Below the pieces are notes generated by a model that was given only the letters and a program-made list of their open reading frames with translations, had not been told where the DNA came from and ran no database searches. Positions 9,985 through 20,768 of a stretch of 64,000 nucleotides of DNA are shown piece by piece. How positions within the stretch are numbered: the stretch's first letter is position 1; each line of letters begins with the position of its first letter. The DNA is from Candidatus Woesebacteria bacterium (GTDB taxonomy: Bacteria; Patescibacteriota; Microgenomatia; UBA8517): NCBI GenBank assembly GCA_020060565.1, contig JAGVAE010000002.1, positions 371,270 to 435,269 on the forward strand, in the 5' to 3' direction. The translations under genes and the position numbers were made by a program.

Positions 9985-11558
9985 AAACAAATAAATTTTT
10001 CATTTTATTTATAATTTCAATCTTCTACTTTTTTTATATATCTTTCGTAACAAAGCCTTGGACATTTGATAACTTTTCATTGGTAGACGATGGACAAGTT
10101 CTTACCCAAAATGGTCAATACCTAAGTAGCTGTATCAAATATTTAGATTGCTCTCAATATTTTGATCAAACATTTGAACTTGGAACATATAGATTTAGAC
10201 CTGCATATTGGATTATTAATGGTGTTAATCAAATTGTTTTTGGAAATAGAGCGGATTTACATCATATTTACCGTGTATATGTAGTTGGTTATTTGTCTGT
10301 AATACTTTTGGCCTTGATTCTTTTAAGGCTCAAGGTTAACAATTTGGTTGTTGTATTTACAACCCTTATTTTTATGACGTCGTTTTCTTTTTCAGAAAAC
10401 ATTATACGCTTGGGTACCAATGAACCTTATCAAGTAATATTTTTAGCTCTTTTTTCAATTATGTATCTATACCAAACAAAAAATAGAGTTTTACTGATCG
10501 TACTGCTAGTTTGGTCACTTTTAATTAAGGAGAATAATATTGCAATTCTTCCTGCAATATTATTTACGGAGTTTCTGACAAATAAAAAATTTTATTTAAA
10601 TAAACCATTCTGGTTGGTGCTTGGAATTCCATTATTGGTTTTTGTTGCGGGCTCGGTTATTGGCAAATTTATAATGCCAAGCACTACCATTGATATGCCT
10701 GTATATACCAGCAATTATGTTGTCGGAGTTAAAGAGATTTTGAATAACTCACAAGCTATATCTGCTATTCTTTTTAGTGATACTTCACTGCTTTTGGTTC
10801 TTATTTTTCCGTTTTTATTATTATTTAAAGATATTAGGAGTGCTTTAAAGAATAAAGAATTTATTTATTGGGTATTATTTTCTGTATTTTCAATAGTAAT
10901 CCTTACTCCATGGAAATATGTACTTGATCGGTATTATCTTGTTGGTATTTTTGGATTAAATATTGTGATGGCCTACATTGTTAGTCAGTTAATCACGCTA
11001 GTGAGAAATAGATTAAATCCAAAATTTTGTGATACTACGACTAAAGTTGTAGTTTTTAATATTGTTGTCTTTTTGGTTATGTCAAACATATTTTTTAGAG
11101 GGCTTCCGATAAATATAATAAAAACATTAAATTACAGAAATTGGTTTGAGGTTTTTACTAATTTTGAAAAAGATCAAGTTATAGAGATTGCAAAATATAA
11201 TAAAAATGGAGTTTATCTCAACATGGTTAATAATCTAGACAGTTGGGAGTTTCTTTATGAGATTCCAATTCATCTCAAGCTTCTATATGGAATAGATCCC
11301 AATACTAAAATGTTGGGATCTGCACTTCCAAAGTCTGGAATTGTATTTTCCAGATCATCACTCGATATGGTTTTTGACATAGAAAAATTAGAAAAATTGG
11401 GATATAAAAAAGTTGAGGGCAAATCATATTATATTGATCAGATTGACCCTCAAAAATTTAGAAATGAATTTGGCATGAGACCTATACAAACTATTTTTAA
11501 TCCACCATTTAAAAAGGAAAGTCTAAGCTACTCTTGGGAAATAAGATATAAAAAATAA
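9981..11558 (+). CDS. Putative GT-C fold membrane glycosyltransferase
   Basis: Polytopic; VDDG after TM1; RFRP and IKE motifs; soluble C-terminal domain. Confidence 0.65.
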   Translation: MKTNKFFILFIISIFYFFYISFVTKPWTFDNFSLVDDGQVLTQNGQYLSSCIKYLDCSQYFDQTFELGTYRFRPAYWIINGVNQIVFGNRADLHHIYRVYVVGYLSVILLALILLRLKVNNLVVVFTTLIFMTSFSFSENIIRLGTNEPYQVIFLALFSIMYLYQTKNRVLLIVLLVWSLLIKENNIAILPAILFTEFLTNKKFYLNKPFWLVLGIPLLVFVAGSVIGKFIMPSTTIDMPVYTSNYVVGVKEILNNSQAISAILFSDTSLLLVLIFPFLLLFKDIRSALKNKEFIYWVLFSVFSIVILTPWKYVLDRYYLVGIFGLNIVMAYIVSQLITLVRNRLNPKFCDTTTKVVVFNIVVFLVMSNIFFRGLPINIIKTLNYRNWFEVFTNFEKDQVIEIAKYNKNGVYLNMVNNLDSWEFLYEIPIHLKLLYGIDPNTKMLGSALPKSGIVFSRSSLDMVFDIEKLEKLGYKKVEGKSYYIDQIDPQKFRNEFGMRPIQTIFNPPFKKESLSYSWEIRYKK

Positions 11559-12530
11559 TGAAAAAAAAAGGCGATAAAAATAATAGGACACTCTCTTTTA
11601 TTACCTATTATATGGTTTTCATACCTTGCGACCTTACTTATGAGTCTTGGAAGATTCAAGTATCTATCAGGCAATTTTGGAGATAACCACCTCCTAAGCA
11701 TTTTTTTCTCGATCGGATGGAAAACTTCAAGTTTGTTAGGAATAATATTTTTATTTGTGTTAGTTGCTTGGGTTTACATTTATATTCGTGGTGAATCTAC
11801 GATTAAAAACAAAATTTCATTTTTTATTGTTGGCCTTACTTCTGTATTTACTTTTTTTGTTTCTAATGGCTTTGTTAATCAAGAGAATGTAAATTTCGGT
11901 AATTATTTATATTCTCTATATGGTATAACAAAACAAAGTTTTGAGCTCCTATCTAATATCAGTTTAATCACAACATTTCTTTATGGTGCATTTTTATTTA
12001 ATGAATTCGACAGTTTAAAGAATAAAAAGAAGGTCAATAATAAGTTCGGTATTTCAAATAAAATGCTCATGACAATTCCATTCTTAGGAATATTGGCTTG
12101 GTATTCTCTCCAGACTTTAATCAAAGCTGACGATTATCTTTCATATGCAAAATTTACATATGAAGATGCATTTGAAAATTATAAAAGTATAGCTAGATTG
12201 TGTGAAATAGTTCCGGAAAACAGTGCAATAATTATACCTGTTCAAGGCATTGATTGGCCGGATATAAGTAATGCCCCAATTGTAAGATATTTTTTATTTC
12301 CAAGAATGATCGTAAGTTCCTCCGATCTTACCAGTCAAGAAAAAGCTGCAAAACTTAAAGAAGCTTATTTCATTTCACTAAACAAGGGTAATAAGTTATT
12401 TTGGCCAATAATTGACAGGGAAAAAGAAGTGGTCTATTTTGCACCCAACAACCCTTTAGGTTATTCAGATCTGATTGTGGTAAATAAAGAAAACGGTATG
12501 GTAATTTATAAAATAATTTTTCAAAAATGA
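11558..12530 (+). pseudogene. Membrane protein frameshifted at an A9 tract just after its ATG (paralog of 13758..14693); the in-frame ORF is 11640..12530
   Basis: TAATG-coupled ATG at 11558 is followed by A9; removing one A gives MKKKAIKIIGHSLLLPIIWFSYLATLL in frame with MSLGRFKY at 11640. Confidence 0.55.
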
Positions 12531-13774
12531 TATATCTTATTTCGACATTGTTATTGTCTTCGGTTTTGACAACCAAAATATTATTTGTAGCCATCGGAAG
12601 GGGTGGAAGCCCCGGTTTTTTTGAATACATGTCTATCCTTGTTCTTGCTGTATTAATAATAGTGGGAACATTCAACTACATTAATGGCAGGGGAAAACAG
12701 AAACCTGAAAAACTTGTAGTTGAGAAAGCTGGTCTTGCTAAGTTTCTCGTAATTCTTAGTATTCTATTTATTTCTACCTCATTATTTATCAATTTTAATA
12801 AAAAAGCTGTTCTTTGGGATGCGGTAGCACTCTATGACGCACGGGCAAGGTTTCTGGTAAAGGGGATTGATTTCAGTGAGATGGTCGAAATTTCGAAATA
12901 TGACTCCAATAACAGCTACTATTATGTTTTATATCCTCCATACACAAGTATGGTTCACTATTTGTGGTATGAGTTGGGAATATCAATTCCTGTTGGTGTC
13001 TTTTATTCCATATCTCTGCTTCTTTTGGCGGTTGTTATTTATTATGTAACGCGGAAACATCAAAGTTTGATTGTGGCTGCATTATTAACATTCATTGTTG
13101 TTTCAAATGGAGTAATTTTTTCTCTATCGCTATCTGAGTATACAAACTTACCCTTTACTTTGCAGATGTTTCTGGGAGTTTTCCTGATATATGAGTATTT
13201 AAAAGATGGATCGAAGTGGAAAATATTTTATGGGATCGGTTTAGTAATAACAACGATGTGGATTAGATTCCTTGAGCCTATATGGGTTGGAGCCGTGCTA
13301 GCACTATTTATTTCAACTTTTACTAAAAAGAAATTTTCAAAAGAACTGTTATACCCTGTATTAATGTTGGTGTGTGGGGTAATTGAATATATTGCATGGC
13401 AGTCTTTTGTTTCAGGATCGGTGGATACTACTAAGATGGTGAGCTTTTCAGCTATTAGATTTCTTGAACCTATTGTTGGAATATTCACAGGATCTCTGAC
13501 TTCAATTTTTGCTTTTTTTGTAAAATCATGGGGGTTAATATTACCTGTGCACATTTTTGCAATATATTTGGCTATATTAAATAAAAAGAAACTTAACTTT
13601 TTACAGATGTTTATGATTTTTACAATGCTGATATATTTTTCCGGATTATATTTTGTTTCCTTCCAATCTGTATGGTGGGATAAATTGGGGGACTCACTTG
13701 TAAGGGGGTCAACATTTATGATACCAATTAGTGGTTATCTTGTATTAGAATACCTGAATGGAAAGAAAAATTAA
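12527..13774 (+). CDS. GT-C fold membrane glycosyltransferase (paralog of 14694..16073)
   Basis: WDAVALYDARAR, YPP, YTNLP, WIRFLEP; polytopic. Confidence 0.7.
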   Translation: MIYLISTLLLSSVLTTKILFVAIGRGGSPGFFEYMSILVLAVLIIVGTFNYINGRGKQKPEKLVVEKAGLAKFLVILSILFISTSLFINFNKKAVLWDAVALYDARARFLVKGIDFSEMVEISKYDSNNSYYYVLYPPYTSMVHYLWYELGISIPVGVFYSISLLLLAVVIYYVTRKHQSLIVAALLTFIVVSNGVIFSLSLSEYTNLPFTLQMFLGVFLIYEYLKDGSKWKIFYGIGLVITTMWIRFLEPIWVGAVLALFISTFTKKKFSKELLYPVLMLVCGVIEYIAWQSFVSGSVDTTKMVSFSAIRFLEPIVGIFTGSLTSIFAFFVKSWGLILPVHIFAIYLAILNKKKLNFLQMFMIFTMLIYFSGLYFVSFQSVWWDKLGDSLVRGSTFMIPISGYLVLEYLNGKKN

Positions 13775-14693
13775 CTTATCCTTTTGGTTTTTTTGGGGAC
13801 TATCAATGCTGGTAAGTTTGGTGGAGGCTGTTACTTATTCAGGATTTATAATAAAACATACAGGTTTGAATCCGCTTTTAACCATTACTCCTGCCATATT
13901 TCTTAGTTTAACGCTTCTTGTTTTAAATTTTGTAAAGAAAAATAAGAAATCTCAAAAGAACGATAAAGCATTGGTGTTTTTTTCAGTTTTTCTGTTAATA
14001 CTATATATTGTACTTAAAATAGTGGATCGTTTAACTTATGCTAATTTTGTTTTTAGTAATCTGCATATCCAACCCAATAATCTTCTTTGGCCTGTATTAA
14101 TTTCATTTTTGTCTATAGTTTTTGTATGGTTCCCGAGGATAAATTTTAAAAAACTACTTACTTCTCGATCGGTTTTATTTTTGTTTGTAACTTCCATCAT
14201 TGTATTTAATATATATAGAATTTATAAAATGGAGTGGTGGGCATTCCAATTCATTATTACCCATCCACAAGCTTCATACGACGATAAAATGAGACGAGCG
14301 GTGGGACCAGTATTCTATAACTTTACTCAATTTATTAATACAAACACACCTGAGGATTCATCAATTTTGATTCCTCCACAGGCTTTTCCTTGGCCCCAAT
14401 CAGGGAACGAAGCTTTTATGAGGTATTTTATTCATCCTAGAAAAATGGGAAATGGCAAGGAATATAACCCTCAAACAAAATTAAGTGATTATGACTTTAT
14501 CGTCTTAAATTGGGGAGAGACAGATAGTACAGAGCCCCCATATACTCATAGCTGGCCGAAGTTTGATGTACCCGCAGAAGGAATTATATTTATGAATGCT
14601 GATGGAACATTTGGGGGAGAGATTAAGGGAAATTATTATTACAAAGACTATATTGATAAAAAAGTCTGGGGGCTTATTATAATCAAACATTAA
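13758..14693 (+). CDS. Uncharacterised membrane protein with soluble C-terminal domain
   Basis: About 5 TM segments, then TPEDSSILIPPQ...WP...RYFIHPR. Confidence 0.7.
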   Translation: MERKINLSFWFFWGLSMLVSLVEAVTYSGFIIKHTGLNPLLTITPAIFLSLTLLVLNFVKKNKKSQKNDKALVFFSVFLLILYIVLKIVDRLTYANFVFSNLHIQPNNLLWPVLISFLSIVFVWFPRINFKKLLTSRSVLFLFVTSIIVFNIYRIYKMEWWAFQFIITHPQASYDDKMRRAVGPVFYNFTQFINTNTPEDSSILIPPQAFPWPQSGNEAFMRYFIHPRKMGNGKEYNPQTKLSDYDFIVLNWGETDSTEPPYTHSWPKFDVPAEGIIFMNADGTFGGEIKGNYYYKDYIDKKVWGLIIIKH

Positions 14694-16073
14694 ATGTTAT
14701 TAATATTTGGAATGCTACTGGTTTTAATTTTTGGCTTTCTGTTAAGTGTAATTTTGGTTGAGGAAATGCACCCAATGGAGAGATTGGGAATATCATATCT
14801 TTTAGGTTTTGGAATTTTTACGCTTTTGATGTTTTGTTATTCAACATTAGGTATAAAAATTACATTAATAAGTACGCTGACGGCACTGGGAATTTGTATC
14901 ACAGCGACCTTGGCATTTTTCAAGGTATTTAAACGAAAAATTTCTATAAACCTGTCAGGATTTATTAAGTCATTGTTCTATTTGTCTCGTTTAGAAAAGA
15001 TTATTGTCTCAGTAATAGCGGGACTTGTGGTTGCAAGTTTTACCATCTCGATATATTTCCCTGTATATATTTGGGATGCTTTGGCTTTATACGATTTTCG
15101 CGCAAAAATAATTGCTCAGATTGGTTTTTATACACAAATTGCAAATAATTATGTTTGGTTTGGGGGTTATCCTCTTTTTACATCTTTAAGCCATACGTTG
15201 GTTTATATCTTTGGGGGGAATAATCCCCAATTTTTGTATTCTTCAATGTATGTTTCTTATATTTTTGTATTTTATGGAGCTCTTCGTCAGATTGTTAACA
15301 GAAAAGTCTCGTTAATTTCAACTTTACTTTTGGCTACAACTCCTGTTTTTTTTGATCATTCAACGTTTGCCTATACAAACCTTCCTTATTCAATATTTCT
15401 TTCAATGGGAAGCATTTATATATATGTATGGTTAGTGAAGAATAAACCATTTGGTTATTTAATTCTTGCAGCAGTAATGACAGGACTTTCGACGTGGACA
15501 AGGAGTACTGAACCATTTTGGATAATTAATTTAATAGTATTAGCAATTCTATTGCTTTATAAAATTAAAAAGTACCTTCTACCTTTAGTAGTATATCTAT
15601 CTACATTTTTGTTGATAAGGGAACCGTGGAATATTGTAAATAATTATATTCTTACAGATAGAAAAGCATTAATTGCTTCTAATATTGAACCTGTGACAAG
15701 TTCCTATATCTCTATAATTTCAAGAATACCAGAATGGAATAGGATAGTTGAAATTGGGGTATACATTTATAAATATATAGTAGTCTCGTGGTATCCGTTT
15801 TTGTTTTTGTTTTTGCTTTGTTTGTTACTTAGTGTCAAAAATTTTTTTCATAGATATGGTTCATTTTTTGTTTTAATAATCATTCTTTATTTTTGTCTTT
15901 TGGTATTTGGAACTTACTTATTTACTTTTAGCAACGTTTCCTGGAATGAGATACCCGATTCGGCGAGACGCATGTCAATGTTTTTTATGCCATTAATGAT
16001 TTTTTATGCTGGAATGGTTTTTGATACTTTTTCCTCTAGTACGAATTTTAAAAAAACTAGAAAGATAAAATGA
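14694..16073 (+). CDS. GT-C fold (GT39/ArnT-like) membrane glycosyltransferase
   Basis: WDALALYDFRAK, YPL, YTNLP, WTRSTEP; polytopic. Confidence 0.72.
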   Translation: MLLIFGMLLVLIFGFLLSVILVEEMHPMERLGISYLLGFGIFTLLMFCYSTLGIKITLISTLTALGICITATLAFFKVFKRKISINLSGFIKSLFYLSRLEKIIVSVIAGLVVASFTISIYFPVYIWDALALYDFRAKIIAQIGFYTQIANNYVWFGGYPLFTSLSHTLVYIFGGNNPQFLYSSMYVSYIFVFYGALRQIVNRKVSLISTLLLATTPVFFDHSTFAYTNLPYSIFLSMGSIYIYVWLVKNKPFGYLILAAVMTGLSTWTRSTEPFWIINLIVLAILLLYKIKKYLLPLVVYLSTFLLIREPWNIVNNYILTDRKALIASNIEPVTSSYISIISRIPEWNRIVEIGVYIYKYIVVSWYPFLFLFLLCLLLSVKNFFHRYGSFFVLIIILYFCLLVFGTYLFTFSNVSWNEIPDSARRMSMFFMPLMIFYAGMVFDTFSSSTNFKKTRKIK

Positions 16074-17014
16074 AAAAAAGCAGCAAAAACATAAGAAACA
16101 AATATCCTGTTGTTTTTTTTGTGTTTCGAAGACCGGATACAACTTTACGGGTTTTGAAAGAAATTATAAAGTCAAAACCGTACAAATTGTACATATTTGC
16201 TGATGGACCGAGAGATGAAAGTGATTTTTTTATGGTAAATAGAACAAGGAAATGTATTGACGATTTACTGTCAAAATCTAAAATAAATATAATTAAAATA
16301 TATAGAAAAAAGAATTATGGACTAAAGAAAAGTATTCTAGGTGGACTAAATGAAGTTTTTATTCATGAAAATGCAGCGATTATTTTGGAAGATGACTGTT
16401 TCCCATCTCTTAATTTTTTTGATTTTTGTAATTTTGCTTTAAATAAGTATTACAACAGCACTGAAATAAACACGGTTTGCGGCACCAACGTAGGAGTTGG
16501 AAATAAAAAGAATAAAAATTTGATTGTCTCTAAATATTTTCTACCCTGGGGATGGGCACTATGGAAACGCAGTTGGCTCGAATATAAGAATGTAAGAGAA
16601 GAAGATTTAAAAGCTATACTTAGCAAAAAAAACAATAAGATTCTTGCTTGGTATCTTATGCAGGTATACAATCTCAGCAAAGAAGAAAAGGTAAAGGCTT
16701 GGAGCTATAGAATGGTGATTATGCAAATAGTGAATGAAAAGCTAAGTCTTTACCCATCGTATAATACAGTAAGCAATATTGGATTCGGCGGACGTTCATC
16801 TAACACTCTTGTTAAGACAGTTGGTTCAAATTTTGAAATTGACAAGAAAGTAAAAAAAATAATTAACAAAAACGCGACTTATCGAAAAATGAAAAAATAT
16901 GACAATTTTATTGCTTACAATTTATATCTTACTCCAATTTCCTTTTGTGGGTTAATTTTGAGAAAATATTTTCCCTATCTTGTTAAATATATTTATCGTA
17001 AATGGAATAAATAA
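16070..17014 (+). CDS. GT-A fold glycosyltransferase (GT2-like)
   Basis: FRRPDTT, ADGPR, IILEDDC, WGWALW, NIGFG. Confidence 0.85.
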   Translation: MKKSSKNIRNKYPVVFFVFRRPDTTLRVLKEIIKSKPYKLYIFADGPRDESDFFMVNRTRKCIDDLLSKSKINIIKIYRKKNYGLKKSILGGLNEVFIHENAAIILEDDCFPSLNFFDFCNFALNKYYNSTEINTVCGTNVGVGNKKNKNLIVSKYFLPWGWALWKRSWLEYKNVREEDLKAILSKKNNKILAWYLMQVYNLSKEEKVKAWSYRMVIMQIVNEKLSLYPSYNTVSNIGFGGRSSNTLVKTVGSNFEIDKKVKKIINKNATYRKMKKYDNFIAYNLYLTPISFCGLILRKYFPYLVKYIYRKWNK

Positions 17015-17015
17015 T

Positions 17016-17675
17016 ATGTACTATATAATTCCAGAAAATTTTGTAGCGATTATCTCGACAATATTTACTCTCGTTAAGAATTGGAAAAAAATAAGAATTA
17101 GAGGATATGGAACAATAATATCTCCAGACTCCACTTTTGAAAAATCGGTTACTATCTATGGTGGATGCAGAATTTTAACATCATCGTTTGGTAATATGAC
17201 ATATGTTGGACAAGGAAGTAGAATTGCCCATTCAACAATAGGTAAATTTTGCTCGATATCGCAAGAAGTTGTGATTGGACCAGGAAAACATCCAATAAAC
17301 AGTTTCTTTTCGACTCACCCAGCTTTTTTCTCGATCAGAAAACAGTCAGGTAAAACTTACGTAAAACAAAAACTGTTCGATGAGTTTGGAAAGACAACGA
17401 TTGGCAATGATGTAATGATCGGAGCAAAGGCTATTATACTTGATGGTGTTAAGGTCTCAGATGGAGCTATAGTTGGCGCAGGAGCAGTTGTTACTCACGA
17501 CATTCCTCCTTATGCAATTGTTGGCGGGGTACCAGCAAAAATAATTAAATACAGATATAACAAAAAAATTATTAAATATTTGTTGGAAAGCAAGTGGTGG
17601 AACATGAATGAATCATCAATTCGGTTAAATATCAATAAACTAAACCTAATTATTAAAAGGAAACCTAAACAATAA
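17016..17675 (+). CDS. CatB/Vat-like hexapeptide O-acetyltransferase (probably sugar-modifying)
   Basis: [35 protein letters not shown]; ATG at 17016. Confidence 0.85.
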   Translation: MYYIIPENFVAIISTIFTLVKNWKKIRIRGYGTIISPDSTFEKSVTIYGGCRILTSSFGNMTYVGQGSRIAHSTIGKFCSISQEVVIGPGKHPINSFFSTHPAFFSIRKQSGKTYVKQKLFDEFGKTTIGNDVMIGAKAIILDGVKVSDGAIVGAGAVVTHDIPPYAIVGGVPAKIIKYRYNKKIIKYLLESKWWNMNESSIRLNINKLNLIIKRKPKQ

Positions 17676-17729
17676 TTGGATTTTAGAATATCGTACTACT
17701 TCATCACGATTTGAGGTAAAATACACTTT

Positions 17730-18566
17730 ATGAAAGTAGATAGTCATAAAGTTACCGTGATTAGACCTAAACCAAGATGGTTGTTATTAGATTTTACTGA
17801 GATTTGGGAATTCCGTGAGCTTTTTATTGTTTTTGCCTGGAGAGATATAAAGGTCAGGTACAAACAAACAATATTAGGTGCAACCTGGGCAGTCTTCCAA
17901 CCATTAACCTCAATGTTTATATTTACAATTTTTTTTGGAAATTTTGCAAAAATTCCATCTGGCGATTTGCCATATCCTTTATTTGTATTAACTGGGTTAA
18001 TTTTCTGGAATTACTTTTCAGGAATTCTTTCCCGTGCTAGTAATTCTCTTATTGAAAATGAAGGAATTGTCAAAAAAGTGTATTTTCCTCGAGAGATTCT
18101 ACCCCTTTCTACTGTAGGCGCAAACTTAATTGATTTTGGAATTTCCCTGGTACTTTTATTTCTAGTTTCTTTTTATTTTAATTTTGTTCCCAATCCACGT
18201 GTTCTGTTTGTTGTTCCTTTGGGTTTACTAATTGGAACATTTGGGGCGGGAGGACTTGGCCTTTTGTTATCTTCTTTCAATGTAAAATATCGTGATGTTC
18301 GTTACGCGTTACCATTTTTTATTCAGATGATGATTTTTCTAACTCCTGTGATTTATCCGACTAGCATAATGAGATCATCGTTTCGTTATCTCATCGCTTT
18401 AAATCCAATGACGGGAGTAATTGATGCTGCAAGGATAGTGTTTTCCGGAGGATCAAATATAAATTGGCCAATATTGGCAATTTCTGGAGGATCATCATTA
18501 TTATTGTTTATTGTTGGATTATATTATTTTAAATCGACTGAAAGGTTTTTTGCGGATCTTGTTTAA
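17730..18566 (+). CDS. wzm: Polysaccharide ABC transporter permease
   Basis: RDIKVRYKQTILGATW, KKVYFPRE, YRDV, TPVIYP, NPM motifs. Confidence 0.92.
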   Translation: MKVDSHKVTVIRPKPRWLLLDFTEIWEFRELFIVFAWRDIKVRYKQTILGATWAVFQPLTSMFIFTIFFGNFAKIPSGDLPYPLFVLTGLIFWNYFSGILSRASNSLIENEGIVKKVYFPREILPLSTVGANLIDFGISLVLLFLVSFYFNFVPNPRVLFVVPLGLLIGTFGAGGLGLLLSSFNVKYRDVRYALPFFIQMMIFLTPVIYPTSIMRSSFRYLIALNPMTGVIDAARIVFSGGSNINWPILAISGGSSLLLFIVGLYYFKSTERFFADLV

Positions 18567-18569
18567 AGA

Positions 18570-19814
18570 ATGAAACCAATAATCGAAGTAACTAACTTAT
18601 CAAAGAAATACAAATATGGTGAATCTCAACCATATTACACTTTACGAGATACCCTTACAGGTCTTGTTAGAGCTCCATTTCATTTGCTAAATAAAAAACA
18701 AAAACAAATTAATCTGAATAAAAATGAATTTTGGGCATTAAATAATATTTCATTTAAGGTTAATCGTGGCGAGGCAATGGGGATTGTTGGACATAATGGA
18801 GCAGGAAAAAGTACTATTCTTAAAATATTAAGTAGAATTACCCCACCTACCAAAGGAAAAATTACTCTTCGGGGAAGAGTAGGAAGTTTGTTGGAAGTGG
18901 GAACGGGTTTTCATTTCGAACTAACTGGGCGAGAAAACATTTACCTTAACGGGGCCATTTTGGGGATGAAAAGGCGTGAGATAGATAAGAAATTTGACGA
19001 AATAGTAAATTTTTCTGGGGTAGAAAAATTTTTAGACACGCCTGTAAAACATTATTCATCTGGTATGTATATGAGATTGGCTTTTGCTGTTGCGGCCAAT
19101 CTAGATTCCGAAATACTTATAGTTGATGAAGTTTTGGCAGTGGGAGATACTGAGTTTCAAAAAAAGTGTCTTGGGAAAATGGATGAAATTACAAAGAAAG
19201 AGGGAAGAACAATTTTATTTGTTAGCCACAATATGGGGGCTATAAAAAGATTGTGTGGTAAGGGCCTTTTGTTAGATTCCGGTAAAAAGATATATGAAGG
19301 AAAAATAGACAATGTGGTAGATCAATACATGACTTCATTCGATGTAAAAAAAGTTTTTGAACCAATAAAAGTACCTGAAATCGATCTAGTAATTAATAAA
19401 ATTTCGATTAATCAAAAAAACAACGGGAAAATAGTTCCTGGAAAACCCGTACAGGTGGATATAGATATTTTTGCTGAGCATGAAGTTAAAGATATTGGAA
19501 TCGAAATTATATTCTCTCATGACGATATGGATGGTCGCCTATTTTCAACCAATACAAAATCTTCTGACGGCTTAGAAATTGTTATTAAAAAGGGTAATAA
19601 TCATTTTACATGTTTTATCGACAGTTTTAATTTGTGTTCAGGTAAATACAGATTTGGTTTTAGTATACAAATTCCCTTTATTAAATCTTATTATCTTAAT
19701 ACGGATCTATTTTATTTTGATGTTCTAGAAACCACCTTTAGTAATTCCCAACTACCAACACTTCCAATGTATGGTCATGTATACCTTGATCATAAATGGC
19801 TTATTAAAACTTGA
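18570..19814 (+). CDS. wzt: Polysaccharide ABC transporter ATPase with C-terminal Wzt_C-like domain
   Basis: Walker A GHNGAGKST, YSSGM signature, ILIVDEVLAVGD, VSH; about 150 aa C-terminal extension. Confidence 0.93.
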   Translation: MKPIIEVTNLSKKYKYGESQPYYTLRDTLTGLVRAPFHLLNKKQKQINLNKNEFWALNNISFKVNRGEAMGIVGHNGAGKSTILKILSRITPPTKGKITLRGRVGSLLEVGTGFHFELTGRENIYLNGAILGMKRREIDKKFDEIVNFSGVEKFLDTPVKHYSSGMYMRLAFAVAANLDSEILIVDEVLAVGDTEFQKKCLGKMDEITKKEGRTILFVSHNMGAIKRLCGKGLLLDSGKKIYEGKIDNVVDQYMTSFDVKKVFEPIKVPEIDLVINKISINQKNNGKIVPGKPVQVDIDIFAEHEVKDIGIEIIFSHDDMDGRLFSTNTKSSDGLEIVIKKGNNHFTCFIDSFNLCSGKYRFGFSIQIPFIKSYYLNTDLFYFDVLETTFSNSQLPTLPMYGHVYLDHKWLIKT

Positions 19815-19823
19815 TCTAAAAGT

Positions 19824-20768
19824 ATGCAAAAAATTGTTATTTTACTTAAAACATATAAAGGAGATATTGATTATATAAAAAGATTGATTGAAAGCTTTAA
19901 AAAATATAATCATGACAAAATACCTCTTTATATTGTAGTTCCATCAATTGATTTATCACTATTTAAAAAATTTGTAGATAAGAATATTAAACTATTAAGT
20001 GATGAGTCTATAACGACCGATTTAGTTTATGATAATAGTATTTGGGGTATACGCCCAGGGTATATTAATCAAGAAATAATCAAACTATCTTTTTGGAAAA
20101 AAGGATTATGTAAAAATTATTTCTGCATGGACTCAGACGGTGTGTTTATTCGTAATTTTTATGTATCTGATTTTATGTATGATGAAAATACACCTTATAC
20201 AATACTATCTGAGGATCACGAGTTGATAGTAGACCCTCAATACTATAAAGACTATTGGTGTGAAAGAGAAAGGTTAATTAAACGAATACAGAAAAAAATT
20301 GGATTAACCGATAGGCGAATGTTAACTTCTCATGGATTTGCAATACTTTCATGTAAAGTGCTTGAATCTTTTTATAAAAAATATCTCTTGCCAAACAAAC
20401 TTAGATATACTGACATTTTGAAAATTGCACCGTATGAATTTTCGTGGTATAACATGTGGCTACAGAAAGATAAAACAATTCCTATTGAGTTTAAAGATCC
20501 ATTGATAAAGCTGTTTTACCAAAAATCTCAACATCTTGAATATTTGAATAGAGGAATCACAGTGAAAGATATTTCAAGAGGGTACATTGGATATGTTATA
20601 AACTCTAACTATTCTAGAGGGTATGGTGTTTTGGACTACAGTGAAGGAAATCGATACACACCTTCGCTAGAAGATATAAAATCTGCAACCTTTAGTATAG
20701 TCAGGTATTTTTACATAAAATTCAGCAAATCATTAAAAAGAGTTTTTAACTTATTTAAACAGTTATGA
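19824..20768 (+). CDS. Putative GT-A fold glycosyltransferase (DUF6492-like)
   Basis: GYINQEIIKL, MDSD (DxD), YEFSWY. Confidence 0.55.
   Translation: MQKIVILLKTYKGDIDYIKRLIESFKKYNHDKIPLYIVVPSIDLSLFKKFVDKNIKLLSDESITTDLVYDNSIWGIRPGYINQEIIKLSFWKKGLCKNYFCMDSDGVFIRNFYVSDFMYDENTPYTILSEDHELIVDPQYYKDYWCERERLIKRIQKKIGLTDRRMLTSHGFAILSCKVLESFYKKYLLPNKLRYTDILKIAPYEFSWYNMWLQKDKTIPIEFKDPLIKLFYQKSQHLEYLNRGITVKDISRGYIGYVINSNYSRGYGVLDYSEGNRYTPSLEDIKSATFSIVRYFYIKFSKSLKRVFNLFKQL

Noticed and set aside
17016-17675. Possible chloramphenicol/streptogramin resistance gene (CatB/Vat-like)
   Set aside because: Its position between a GT and wzm favours a sugar O-acetyltransferase; the LbH motifs are shared across the family
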